From contig NC_042997.1 of the NCBI RefSeq assembly GCF_006345805.1, forward strand, positions 168,702,001 through 168,766,000: a stretch of DNA of 64,000 nucleotides, read 5' to 3'. Numbering within the stretch: position 1 is the stretch's first letter; each line of letters starts with the position of its first letter. The position numbers were made by a program, and so were the translations under genes. The notes beneath the pieces were generated by a model that saw only the letters and a program-made list of their open reading frames with translations, had not been told where the DNA came from and searched no databases. This stretch comes from Octopus sinensis. Its lineage: Eukaryota. Of this stretch, positions 29,088-42,297 are shown piece after piece.

Positions 29088-29327
29088 ATTGATAGATATA
29101 TGCTAACAGGTTTACATCTGATATATCTATAGTGATATTATCATCCAGGTATATTGGAAATTTTTTATATAATAAAACTGTATCATTGACTCTGAAAAGC
29201 CAGATTCACAGCTTTTCAGAGTCAATGATACAATTTTATTATATAAAAAATCTCCAATATACCTGGACTATAATAGCACTATAGATATATCAGATGTAAA
29301 CCTGTTAGCATATATCTGTCAATCAGT
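29084..29327. repeat. 117-bp-arm fold-back palindrome
   Basis: Arms 29084-29200 and 29211-29327, 10-nt loop cagattcaca, high identity. Confidence 0.9.
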
Positions 29328-29472
29328 TTTACATAGCGGCACAATGCATTAAGTAAACAAAGTATATTTGAGAGAAGACAGATAGGTAAATACAGAACCA
29401 GTATGAACATAGAGATTCTTCATATTATCAAATAAAATATAATTTCACAATAGCTAAATATAGAAAGGATAT

Positions 29473-29647
29473 GTCTTAAACTTCCCTTTTCTCTTCATAT
29501 GAATACTAGGGAACAAAAACCGCATTGCTCGATTGCACTGTACACCCCAATATTGTACACCAGGTTCCTCAATTTTCTGTCCTAATAATTGAAGGACCTC
29601 ATCACGTGAGATGCCCATGTCAAAGTCACCAGTCCAGAAAACAAGTT
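29473..29647 (-). CDS. Internal exon A2: (E)LVFWTGDFDMGISRDEVLQLLGQKIEEPGVQYWGVQCNRAMRFLFPSIHMKRKGKFK(T)
   Basis: Acceptor TTTATTTTACAG; 175 nt (2 nt + 57 codons + 2 nt); ends at U12 donor ATATCCTTTC; paralogous to exon A1. Confidence 0.9.
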
Positions 29648-30150
29648 CTGTAAAATAAATTACAATATATTAGAAAACAATTTTAAATATGTACTCAGTG
29701 TGTGTACATGCATAGGTATGAAGAAGTATTTATATATCTGTAGTCAGCCCAACTTTATATATGAAAATAACAGTGAAACATTTTCTAAAATGCATCATAG
29801 AATGTAAAGCTATTACCAGAATATATCATACTGAAGACATCTTTTGAGGGTAATTTAACCTGGCATAATGCGTCCACATTACAGGTTACTGAATATGGAT
29901 AGAAATGGCAACTTTAAATTGAAATGAAATAACTGAAACCAGGAATCAAACCTACTCACATGTTCAGCAAGCAAAGAGCTTATATTTATGCCAATATACT
30001 TACATGTGTGTGTGTGTGCGTGTATGTGTGCATGCATGTGTACATGTGTGTACAGCTCCTCAGCTTACCAGCCCTGGTCAAACCATCCAACCCATGCCAG
30101 CATGGACAATGAATGTTAAATGATGATGATATATCTAATATCTAATCTAA

Positions 30151-31768
30151 TCTAATATAATATATAAAACAGAGATGTGTGCGTATTCACTTTTCACGCG
30201 ATTTCATTTCAGTCCCTACAGTTTTGTGTTTTTCTGTGGTTAACGGTTTCTTTCTGGTTCCTTTGATACTGGCTCTTTGGTTCACTGGGCGACAAATTTC
30301 ACTTCAACAAGAAGGGCAAGAGAGGTGCAACAACATTTCCAGCATCAGGACGAACATTGTAGTGTCTCTACAAAAGATGCTGCATAACAACAACTTGATC
30401 AGAAACTTCAAGACTGCACTTGAAACAATTACACCTAACTCCATGGATTACAAGGTAGTTATCAGATCAGACAAGAAACCATCTGGTTAACATGGAGGGA
30501 GGTTTAATGCACCAACAGTAAATGAAATAGCTGTGTTTCTGGTTGGGCAAGAACATGACAAGAACGTGACATTGTACTCCATCTCAGAGACAGCACACTG
30601 GCAGACACAGTCCAACTACAAATGGAAGCTCCCAAAAATACCACACTCACAGCATTCTTCAAGCTCTGTGAAGATGATGAATTTGCTACAAGACTGCTAT
30701 ACAATGAAGTTCCACAATTCTATACCTGGTACCAAAACAAATGGAAAAGACGTGCACTTGGAGCACCCACACATCATCCATGAATCAAGAAATCAGACAC
30801 ACTCGGCAGAGTCTATGTTGTCCATCCCAGCTACTCAGAGTGCTACTATTTAAGGCTTCTATTACACCATGTCAAGGGACCCACATCATTTACAGCCTTA
30901 CGTATAGTTGATAACACAGTATGTCAAACATATTGCCAGGATTGCCATCTCAGAGGTCTTCTGGAAGATGATGCACTCTCACAGAGGCACAAATGTGCAA
31001 GTCTTCTATGCAACTGAGAAATCTCTTCTCCATCATGTGCAACTTGATGGGTGAGACTGTCTTCATTCCAAGGATACCTCTCATCTCAAATTATCTCCCC
31101 TTTCAGTTCAAGAGACTGCAGTTTCCTGTCAAACTTAGCTTTGCAATGTCTATCAACAAAGCACAAGGTCAATCTCTGAAGGTGGTGGGACTTAACCTCC
31201 TTCAACCTTGTTTCTCACATAGTCAGCTGTATGTATGTTGGATGTTCTAGTGTTGGAGATGAAAAGAACCTCTGAATTCTCAGTGATAAACATGGCACGA
31301 CAGAAAACACAGTATATGAAGAAGCACTTACATGAATAGAAGGTCCATGTCATATACAGAAGTGTAAAACCATTGAGTGTTAAAGTATTACTATTACACT
31401 TTCACTTTTCGCCTGACATGCGTGAATGTATATCTGTGTGTATAGAAGTGAAACAATAACGTGATATATTTGCTCTGTGTGTGTGTGTGTGTGTCTGTGC
31501 ATGCATATGTGTGTGTACTCTATGCACAGCCTTTTATTGTTTATAATCTGTACCTCTTTTTTAGACAAACGTGTATTTACTTTATATACATATATGAGTT
31601 GAAAACTTTCTTTTCACATTTCACTTAATGTCTAAGTTCCATGTTGGCATGGGTTGCAGAGTTGTGTAGAAAGCTGGTATCTCAGCTACTAGCAGTTGAG
31701 ACCTGCGTAAACCAGAGGGCATTTTAAAATTTCATTATTTTCTTTAACCCAAGCAACACCAGGTATTT
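30151..31768 (+). mobile_element. Internally deleted Helitron (Rep and PIF1-helicase remnants)
   Basis: Starts a|TCTAATATAATATATAAAA; reads GRFNAPTVNEIAVFLVG, HVKGPTSF...GLLEDD and FKRLQFPVKLSFAMSINKAQGQSLKVVGLNLLQPCFSHSQLYV, with stops and frameshifts; decayed 3' aacccaagcaacaccagg. Confidence 0.88.
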
Positions 31769-33204
31769 ATATATATATCATCATCATCCTCATCATCATT
31801 TAGCATCCGCTTTCCATGCTAGCATGGGTTGGACGGTTCAACTGGGGTCTGGGAAGCCAGAATATATATTCCATCAAAAGTTATGTATTTGCTTCAGAAT
31901 AATTCTAGTTTATGGAAGCATGAATACATTAATTATATATAAGAAAGAAAGAAGGGTATATTTTAAGGGATAAAAGATTTATAAGGACCTATGATGATTA
32001 TGATGATGAGGGTGCTGATGATAACGAGGGTGCTGAGGATAATGGGTGATGGTCACAGTGATTTATCACTAGACATATCTTTATGAAAATCAACAGGGAA
32101 AAATATACTTTCATTAAAGTTTGTTTCAATTGGGCAGAAAACAAAAAGCTAGAATGAAGACTGAGTAATTGAAAAATCTTTCATTTCTTTCATAATTCTG
32201 GTTTGGAATCTTATTGGTTAAATTAGCTTTTCATTTTTCAAGGTTCAATGATAAATGTCTAAAGAAGAGAGAGAGTAAAAGCCAATTAGCACAATCTTAT
32301 CTCTAGTCATAAGAACTGAGTTGTGTCTGAAAGCAAAACTTTGTTATTCTTCATATTTCAATTAAACTGCACCAATTAAATAGAGTTTAATTACATTCAA
32401 TCTACCCTATCATTCTAACCAAATCCTTTTTCAGAATTACTGAAGTCATTATTATTGTTTTCTCTCTTTAAACTATCTACAAAACTAACACAGGCAACAA
32501 AATACCTCTTTCCTTAATTAAGGTGATTAAGGAAGAATTATTAGCACCCTATATTTAGTACATTCATTCTATTTTATGCACCCTAGTATTTTAAGCTAAT
32601 GCTGTTTCAAGTGTGTACATCAATTTAATTGTAGCCTGGTTAGCTTCTGCACAAATCAGCAAATGTTTTGTTTACTACTTTCTATATTGAAGCAAGCATT
32701 TTGTGCTTGGCTCAGAGTGTCCAGAGTATTCATCACTGAGGAGACCAAACCAGGTTGAAACATTGTGTCTGATGATCCACTGGCATCCTGAGAAAAGCCC
32801 CATGTTTTTTTTAACAAACAAGTCACTTTGAAAAATTTCTCTGAAACAAATTATTACAGTTACTGTCATTTCCATCTGAGTGTACATATAAGCGTATATA
32901 TCACTGCATCACTTTATCAACCTGATTATTGGATGTTGTTATATACAAATGTTTCCTCACATTGTTAGATATCATGATAGCTACACAGACAGATGTATAT
33001 ATTCATATAAATGTATGTAGACGCACACTCCAATATTTTAATTTACTGTGGTTTCGAGTGTGTATATTTGATACAGCACGGTATTAATGCTAGGACACAA
33101 ATCAGTAAGTTTTTTAATTCATAAGTCTGATGTGGCTTTTATTTTGTCAAAATTTTTTTTTTAAGAAAGGAGAAAATGAAAATAAAAATGTAAGAAAATG
33201 AGAA

Positions 33205-33262
<58 letters not shown>

Positions 33263-33270
33263 AATAGTAC

Positions 33271-33401
33271 CTGGAAGAAACTGTAGGATCTTCTCCAGAT
33301 CTTGAGAAAGATCTCTCAGTGGCTGATAAGTCACATTCTCAGAGTCGCTTAGTTCTTCTTGTTCTTGCAATTGCTCTATAAGAGCCACACCAAAATAGTA
33401 C
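33271..33401 (-). CDS. Internal exon B1: YYFGVALIEQLQEQEELSDSENVTYQPLRDLSQDLEKILQFLP
   Basis: 131 nt (1 nt + 43 codons + 1 nt); AC acceptor after U12 branch site; donor CAG|GTACTA; phases match both neighbours. Confidence 0.88.
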
Positions 33402-34454
33402 GTTGTCAGCACATTAAGGAGAATTAGATCAATAATTATTGAGAAAAAAAGTACAACGGAAAAAAATACAATGGTAAAAAGGAATCAAGAAAGAAGGTTT
33501 TGATATAAATATCAATAATGTCCCTGATCCCTCAGTGATTTTCTTTTTTAGATCTTGTAACTTATCTCTTCCTGCAATGCTTCTTTAGATAATAGCACTT
33601 AACAAAATCAATCATCTATATGTAAAACTATGATCATGTTTTGAATATAAATTAGTCCAAAGAACGTACTACAAATAGAAATTTCTGGAACACTGAGCCT
33701 GAACCATAAACTTCATTATGGCATGCAGCAGTAGTAGTAATAATGGTGAGGATCATTTATAAAATTAGGTCAACTAACCAAGTTGTAGCTGTGACCATTA
33801 TTGTAGGAAACTATGGTATTTATACATCATTTATGCATCAGTAATGTTAAAGATAACATCAAGGGACAGTTAATAAGTGTCAGATTAAATACCAAGCTTA
33901 AAAATTTAATTCATGGAATCATTAGAGGAATAAATGACACAAAAATGTAGACAAATACATCTATTTTCTTTGCAACTAACACAGAAGCATACATGTAATT
34001 CAGTCAGTATAGGTCCAAGTATGGCTACATGGTAAGAAGTTTGCTTCCCAACCACATGGTTCTGGGTTGAGTCCCACTGCATGGTACCTTGGGCAAGTGT
34101 CTTCTACTATAGCTTTGAGCCAACCAAAGCCTTGTGAGTGGATTTGGTAAATGGAAACTGAAAGAAGCCCTTCATATATAATATATATATATATATATAT
34201 ATGACACGTAAAAAGCACCGTCCGAGCGTGGCAGATGCCAGCGCCGCATGGCTGGCGTCTGTATTGGTGACACGTAAAAGCACCAACCGATCATGGCCAT
34301 TTGCCAGCCCGCTCTGGCCCCTGTGCCGGAGGCACATAAAAAGCACCCACTACACTCACGGAGTGGTTGGCGTTAGGAAGGGTATCCAGCTGTAGAAACA
34401 CTGCCAAATCAGACTAGAGCCTGGTGCAGCCTCCATATATGTACACACACATAT

Positions 34455-34504
<50 letters not shown>

Positions 34505-34642
34505 ATATATACATATATATATGTGGAGGCACAATGGCCCAGTGGTTAGGGCAGCAGACACAGACACAGACACACACAATCAGAGTCTGCCATAAGTTGT
34601 CATAATACTAACAAAAACTGAAGCAGAATAATTCCATGCAAT

Positions 34643-34875
34643 AAAGCGGCAAGCTGGCAGAATCGTTAGCACACCAGGTAAAATGCTTAGTGCTATTTTG
34701 TCTGCCATTACGTTCTGAGTTCAAATTCTGCAGAAGTTGACTCTGCCTTTCATCCTTTCGGGTCAATAAATTAAGTACCAGTTACGCACTGGCATTGATG
34801 TAATCGACTTAATCCCTTTGTCAGTCCTTGTTTGTCCCCTCTATGTTTAGCCTCTTGTGGGCAGTAAAGAAATAA
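34643..34875 (+). mobile_element. SINE family C
   Basis: Plus-strand copy. Confidence 0.8.
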
Positions 34876-35455
34876 GAATAACTCCATGCAAATACTATAT
34901 TTTCACATAAAATAATATGAAGTTTGGCATATTCTATGTTTGAATTGTACTCCTGCTACAGCCAAATGTTTTCCTTGGATACCAATTTGTAAGTTTTGAT
35001 ACTTAAATTAGCTGTCAAGTTAGCAAATTCATTAGTTATTGTGACATACAATTACTGGAAGCTGGTGACATTACACTGGTAGACTACATTCTTGAGATAT
35101 TTTCATAAGAAAATCAGGAATGCTTGAGTGAGGAAGAGATTTGCAAGATGTTTCTTGGCATCTCATTCAGCAGTCAGTTAAAGCATGTTTAACGATGTTC
35201 TTGTTATGTTGATAAAATGAGGCATGCTGAGGTTTCCTGTTGGAAAGTACATTAGTCACAGACAAGTAATGTAAAAATTACAGGCCAGAAGTTATGTTAA
35301 CATCTGGTTATAACTTCAAAAAAAAAAAAAAAAAGAGATGTCCAATTACAAATAGAATTGGTAGTTCCAGTCCAAACATACACTCTAGAGCTAGCCACAG
35401 GTTTCATGTGTGCATATTCATATATGCATGTGTGTGTGTCTATATATATATTTAT

Positions 35456-35990
35456 GCAGGAGTGGCTGTGCAGTAAGAAACTTGCTTTCCAACCACATGG
35501 TTCCGGGTTCAGTCCCACTGTGTGGCACCCTGGGCAAGTGTCTTCTACTATAGCTTCAGATTGACCACAGTCTTGTGAGTGGATTAGGTAGATGGAAACT
35601 GAAAGAAGCCCGTCGTGTGTATATAATTATATATATATATATTGACCATTCATTTTTATACTTTTTGAGATCTAGTTATATGTTTTTTAAAAATATATAT
35701 TTGTTATTTATGTTTTTGTTGCATAATAGTGGTTTTTATCTCTAATTTATATTTTATATATATATATATATATATGTATGTATGCATTTGTGTATCTGTG
35801 TTTGTCCCCCTACTATCGCTTGACAATCACTGTTGGTGTGTTTACATACCGATAACAGAGTGGTTTGGCAAAAGAGACCGATAAAATAAGTACTAGGCTT
35901 GCAAAGAATAAGTCCAGGGGTTGATTTGCTCGACTAAAGGCAGTGCTCCAGCATAACCACCGCAGTCAAGTGACAGAAACAAGTAAAAGA

Positions 35991-35991
<1 letters not shown>
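35456..35991 (+). mobile_element. SINE family A with expanded AT-rich middle
   Basis: Head and tail both present. Confidence 0.8.
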
Positions 35992-36029
<38 letters not shown>

Positions 36030-36477
36030 CATACATACATAAAGATCATTATGTATGCATATATGTATGTGTGTGTGTCTGTATGTGTATGTATTTATAT
36101 GCATATATGTTTACACATACACATGGAGACATGTGGGCTTATGGTCAAGGTATTGGACTCATGATCATAAGATTGCAGATTCAATTCCTGGACTGGATGA
36201 TGGGTTGTGTTCTTCAGCAAAACACTTCATTTCATGTTGCTCTAATCCACTCAGTTGGCAAGAATCAGTAATCTGGCAACAGACTGGCATCCCATTCAGT
36301 TGGTAAATATATATATATGTCATAGAAACTGGGAAACCAGCCTAAGTCTGTAGGGCTCAAAAAGGCTGCTTGATCCTATTATCCTTCACACACACATCTG
36401 CATATCATAATAAATGTATCCATACCATTAGAAGGCATGATGCTGTGGAACTGTCTGAGATAAAAATTTCTTCTCTC

Positions 36478-36876
36478 TTTTACTCGCTTTTACTTGTTTC
36501 AGTCATTTGACTGTGGTCATGCTGGAGCACTGCCTTTAGTCGAACAAATTGACCCCAGGACTTATTCTTTGTAAGCCTAGTACTTATTCTATCAGTCTCT
36601 TTTGCTGAACCGCTAAGTTACTAGGACGTAAACACACCACCGTTGGTTGTCAAGCGATGTTGGGGGACAAACACAGACACACAAACATATACACACACAC
36701 ACATATATATATACATATATACGATAGGCTTCTTTCAGTTTTTGTCTATCAAATTGACTCACAAGGCTTTGATTGGCCTGAGGCTATAGTAGAAGACACT
36801 TGTCCAAGGTGCCACGCAGTGGGAATGAACCCGGAACCATGTGGTTGGTAAGCAAGCTATTCACAACATAGCCACA
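36478..36876 (-). mobile_element. SINE family A
   Basis: Full body. Confidence 0.85.
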
Positions 36877-38389
36877 AGCACAATATATACTAGAGCAAGA
36901 CAAACACAATCACTGCAGTGACTCACAGATGCAACACATGCATTTCACCTTTCTTGGGGCTTGTCAATGGCATGCACAAAATTGTCACCAGCTTAAACAA
37001 AATTCATGTTAAGATATATAGAAAGCAGTAAATAAAATATACACTGAATTATATTCCACCACTTCATTCCTTCTAGTGCTGTGTATACATTTAGTATGAT
37101 ACCCAAATGGCAATTTTAATTTAATGCTGGTTCAATTGTGTATACTAAGATTTTCTACAGCATAACATGTTTCCAGAATTCCGGTGAATTTTATTCACTG
37201 TTTTTGTTTCTCATATATGTCAAGGCATGAATTTCAATTAAGCAGGTGATGATTGAGTGCAAGACATTAACAAGCAATGCATCTGTCATTCTCAGAAGTC
37301 ACTGCAGCAATAATGCTTGTCTCACTCTGATATACATTGTGTTATTAACAAGACAAATCTATGAAGAGACGTACATCTTAGACAATTCCATAGCATCATG
37401 TATTCTAACAGTGGATATACATTACGTATGATACACAGATGGTGATTTTCACTTAATGTTGTTTTAATCATTTATGTCAAGTTGATACACACACACACAC
37501 ACACACACCAGTGTTATGTCATCAGTATTTACATGTCGGAATAACAATAACTGATGAATTTGCTGACTTCACAACTAATTTAAATGTCAAAACTTAAAAT
37601 TTGATATCCAAGAAAAAACTTTTAACTGTAGCAGGAGTACAATTCAAACATAGGATATACCAAATTTTCATGTTTTTATTTAATAAGAAAATATAGCTTT
37701 TGTATAGAAGTCTCCAACTTCAGTTTATATATATATAAACTGAAGTAGGAGCCCCGACTAGCTCCTGTGCTGGTCGCACATAAAAAGCACAATCTGAGCG
37801 TGGCTGATGCCAGTACCACCTGACTGCTTCCCATGCAGGTACCACATAAAAAGCACCCACTATACTATCGGGGTGGTTGGCATTAGGAAGGGCATCCAGC
37901 TGTAGAAACATTGCCAGATCAGACTGGAACCTGGTGAGACCTCCTGGCTTGCCAGTCCCTAGTCAAGCCGCTCAACCCATGACAGCATGGAAAACAGATG
38001 TTAAATGATGATGATGATGGTGAATGTCATGATAAAAATATAAACTAATTATTCTGTTTTGTTCTGCCCTCATATGTGTGTGCATGCGTGTGTATGTAAG
38101 TTTGTGTCTTTATACTTTCTGATAATTGCTCAGCTACAGGTAGTGATACTGCTGTCATTTTGCCTGTCAGCAAATAATGCACTTGTGCCTTCAATGATAT
38201 GAAATTAGACATCCTTTACTTGATAATTAGGGAAGGGTTAACGACAGGAAGTCGGACATCTGGCAGTAAGACAATACTTCAACAATCTATCTGGAAAATA
38301 GATTTAAAAGCAAACTAATGAATACACACACACACATGCCCTGCTGGATGGGTAATGTCAGTGTACATGCACAACATGTAAATGATTTA

Positions 38390-38970
38390 AGAAGAAAACT
38401 GCGTATAAGAGGCATCAGATGTTGTGTGTAAGAGAGAAGACTGCACTGGTTTGGTCAGGTGATGCCTATGGATGAGGACAGCTGCATTAAGCAGAAGTGC
38501 CAAGCTCTAATTGTGGAGGGTACTTGTGGAAGGAGTAGACATTGGAAAATGTAGGATGAAATGGCAAGAAAGGATCTTTGGGTGCTGGGCCTTACTAAGG
38601 AAATGGCCAGGAACCAGATGTGGTGATTTGCTGTACTTGATAAGACATATCAAGCTAAGTAAAATTGCTGTCTTCCACACATACAAGCTTCTCCTTTCAG
38701 GTGCCGGTGCCACTTAAAATGCAACTGTGTTGGTGCTGTGTTAACAGATTTCTGCCGGTACTGCATAAACACACCTGTTCCAGTGGCATGTAAAAAGCAC
38801 CTGGCACACTCTGTTAAGTGGTTGGCATTAGGAAGGGCATACAGCCATAGAAACCATGTCACAACAGACAGTTGGAGTTTGGACAGCTTCTTGCTAGCCA
38901 GCTCCATGTCAAACCATCCAACCCATGTCAGCATGGAGTGAAGACATTAAAAGATGATGATGATCATAAT
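38390..38970 (+). mobile_element. RTE-clade LINE 3' end with (GAT)n tail
   Basis: Reads RRLHWFGQVMPMDEDSCIKQKCQALIVEGTCGRSRHWKM*DEMARKDL..LGLTKEMA, then the tail ending gacattaaaagatgatgatgat. Confidence 0.8.
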
Positions 38971-38981
38971 ATATATATACA

Positions 38982-39400
38982 GGCGCAGGTGTGGCTGTGG
39001 TAAGTAGCTTGCTTACCAACCACATGGTTCAGTCCCATTGCATGGCACCTTGGGCAAGTGTCTTCTACTATAGCCTCAGGCCAACCAAAGCCTTGTGAGT
39101 GGATTTGGTAGATGGAAACTGAAAGAAGCCCGTTGTATATATATATGTGTGTATATATATATATATAGAGAGATATGTATGTATGTGTGTGTACATGTTT
39201 GTGTGTCTGTGATTGTCCCCCCAACATCGCTTGACAACCGATGCTGGTGTGTATACATCCCCGTCACTTAGCAGTTCGGCAGGAGAGACCGATAGAATAA
39301 GTACTAAGCTTACAAAGAATAAGTCCTGGGGTCGATTTGCTCAACTAAAGGCAGTGCTCCAACGTGGCCGCAGTCAAATGACTGAAACAAATAAAAGAAT
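38982..39400 (+). mobile_element. SINE family A
   Basis: Full body. Confidence 0.85.
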
Positions 39401-41872
39401 ATATATATATATATATATCCTCATCATCATTTAGCATTAACTTTTCCATGCTGGTAGGGGTCAGACAGAATTTGTAAAGGCAAATTTTCTACATCTGGAT
39501 GCCCTTCCTGTCAGCAACCCTCACCTACTTCCATATATGGTAATATTTCTCCATGACCAGACATGTTTACACAGAAGAATTACATAATTGTTTCTGTGCA
39601 ATGATAAATCTACATTTAAAAGTTCTAGAAAATATGAAATTCACCACTGAATACTAAATACAACAAACACAAAGGCAAAGGATGTGGACATAGGTACAAA
39701 CACAACTTTCACCACCCTCACCACCAGTAGCAGATAAACCACCATAAAAACTACTACCTTCACTCTGACCACCACCATTACTGCTATAAGAATTACAGAA
39801 GCCACATGAGGGAGTGCTGAAAAGTTCTTGGCTTTGGGTAAAAGAAAATACAAGAGTATCAGTTAATTATGATTTTTACTCAACATATTCCCCTCTTAGA
39901 TTCACACATTTATTGCAGTGGTTCTTCAGTTTTTCTAAGCCATGTAAAAGAATTCGCAAGGTTGGGCCTCTGACCAGGCCTTTTGTGATACCTTTAAGGC
40001 CAGGAACTTTTCAACACCACCTCATATCATCATCATCATCATCATCATCGTTTAACATCTGCTCTCCATGCTAGCATGGGTTGGACGATTTTGACTGAGG
40101 GTTGACGAACCAGATGGCCGCACCAGGCTCCAATCTTGATCTGGCAGAGTTTCTGCAGCTGGATGCCAGAAAGAGGAAGGAATTGAGGCTATTGAAAGAA
40201 CATCACCAGCTAAATTACCCCACCCCCAAGAAAAAGTTCTAAGATAAAAATTGATAAGGTAACTAGCAATTTCAACAACCTGTAGCTACTATATACAAAA
40301 CATGTTTGCGCAGACAAAGAGTGACTAGGATGGACTAACATTAGACACACCCAAAACCCTGTCAAAGCTATAATATATGGGAGCCTATTCCTGTCCATAA
40401 ATCACATTGAAGTAATAAAGTTTCAACCTACAAGTATACATATGAAATGCAATACAGTGCAATGTATCAAAAATAAAAGTAGAATCCCTGAACAACAGGT
40501 GGTAATATATACGCCTGAAGTGGACACAATGCAAACAGCTTTCTGATACCATGAAACAATGAACAGATTTCAGCAACAGAGTAACAAAAGAATTTCTTAA
40601 ACTGCATTTAGAAGGTGGTGGAACAGGTGCCCTAGATACAACAGACACAAAGCCATGTACTTCAGCACACAAGGTTACTTCAACTGTTAAACCCAGGATG
40701 TTGACTCAATACACAATTTCCTTATATTAAATGAGCTATACTTTTTAAATATCTGAGGGGTTTTTCCATGACTAACTAGAGTAAATTACCTCCTGTCTAT
40801 GTCTCTACCTGAAAGATCTTGTCACATGCAAGGAGGTGATATGCAGAGAACATATAGAAACAGATCAGCTAACAAACACATCAGATGTAGAACTATACAT
40901 ATTAAAATATGTCTGCTTTTGTTTTGATAAGAAAGTAAGAAACTACATGGAGCTGCTATGTATTTGCATGAAGATGTAATACCAAAAGCGGTGTTGCCAC
41001 ACCCAAACGCTGTTTGTGACACAAAGAAAAATTTAACATGGTTATGCAAAAAAACATAACACTCAACACATTGCCCACAAGATACCTTAAACAACAACAC
41101 AAAATTTGAGAAAAGTTTTAGACAGGAGCAGCAATAACCAGTTTGAATCAACATGCCAATGAATTCATATTGAGTGGCTTTAATATTTCAAACCTCAAGT
41201 AGACAAAAGGCTATATTCTATTGAGAAAACAACAGCATGATTGCAGGTCAGCTGTTTCTGCTTAACCTCATGGGCATGATGTCCAAATATGTTACTATAT
41301 AAGAGATCCCTGATGGTCAATTAATGCAAAAATGATCCACAATATTTTGTTGTAGTTTGGGAGGGTCATTATGCCAATAATAAATACATGCACTGGTTCT
41401 GTTTCACTTCTGTGTTATTTGTCAATTGGTTAATTATATTACCATTTAACTAGATGATTTTTTGATTAATCATTTAGGGTTGTCAAAGTCCTTTTGCTAC
41501 CATTCACAATCTGATCAATGACATTCCCTCTTTACTCATGTCTGCTTCACCTGAAGTACAGAGAGCAAACCATTGCTGAGGTTGCAAATGGTAACCTAAC
41601 TGATTTACTGATTAGCTGAATGATCATAAAACAACTTATTAATAAATTGGTTAAATAGTTAATCAATTGTCAAATAAAAAATAAAGAAGTGAAATATAAC
41701 TAGTGCATGTATTTCCTATTAGCATAATGACCCTCCCAAGATACAGCAAAATATGCTTCAACCCACAATTTCACATCAAGATTCTTGCAAACCAAACACA
41801 AAAATGAAAATGATCCTCAATATGACTTGCATAATATTTATTCTCTGACTATATTGTAGTCAAATTAATATA

Positions 41873-42297
41873 GGCGTAGGAGTAGCTGTGTGGTAAGCAG
41901 CTTACTTACGAACCACATGGTTCCAGGTTCAGTCCCACTGCATGGCACCTTGGGCAAGTGTCGTCTACTATAGCCTCGGGCCAACCAAAGCCTTGTGAGT
42001 GGATTTGGTAGACGGAAACTGAAAGAAGCCCATCGTATATATATATATATATATGTTTGTGTGTGTTTGTGTGTGTGTGTGTGTGTCTGTGTTTGTCCCC
42101 CCCCCCCAACATCGCTTGACAACCGATGCTGATGTGTTTACGTCCCTGTAACTTAGCAATTTGGCAAGAGAGACCGATAGAATAAGTAGTACTAGGCTTA
42201 CAAAGAATAAGTCCTGGGGTCGATTTGCTCAACTAAAAGCGGTCCTCCAGCATGGCCACAGTCAAATGATTGAAATAAGTAAAAGAGTAAAGAGTAA
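41873..42297 (+). mobile_element. SINE family A
   Basis: Full body with (aaaagagt) tail. Confidence 0.85.

Larger units (their letters stand above)
27983..29472 (-). other. U12-type AT-AC intron 2 (1490 nt, phase 2)
   Basis: 5' end AAGAC|ATATCCTTTC at 29472; branch site TTCCTTAACC at 28002-27993; 3' end TTCACTAC|A at 27983; splicing gives KFK-T-VYFGV. Confidence 0.9.

Noticed and set aside
29449-29647. Exon A2 (and A1) as alternative terminal exons ending ...KFKTYPFYI-stop, as in a mod(mdg4)/lola-type array
   Set aside because: The YPF residues come from the U12 donor ATATCCTTT; splicing at AT-AC sites gives one continuous ORF.
27940-33401. Shared xFWCxxY motif (IFWCRFY / LFWCGSY) in exons B2 and B1
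   Set aside because: Off-frame reading of YFGV; that frame stops in B1 and does not fit the flanking exon phases.
37640-37665. GTATATCCT on the minus strand as a further U12 donor
   Set aside because: Does not match RTATCCTT, no upstream exon, and it belongs to a repeat also seen inverted at ~34930-34990.
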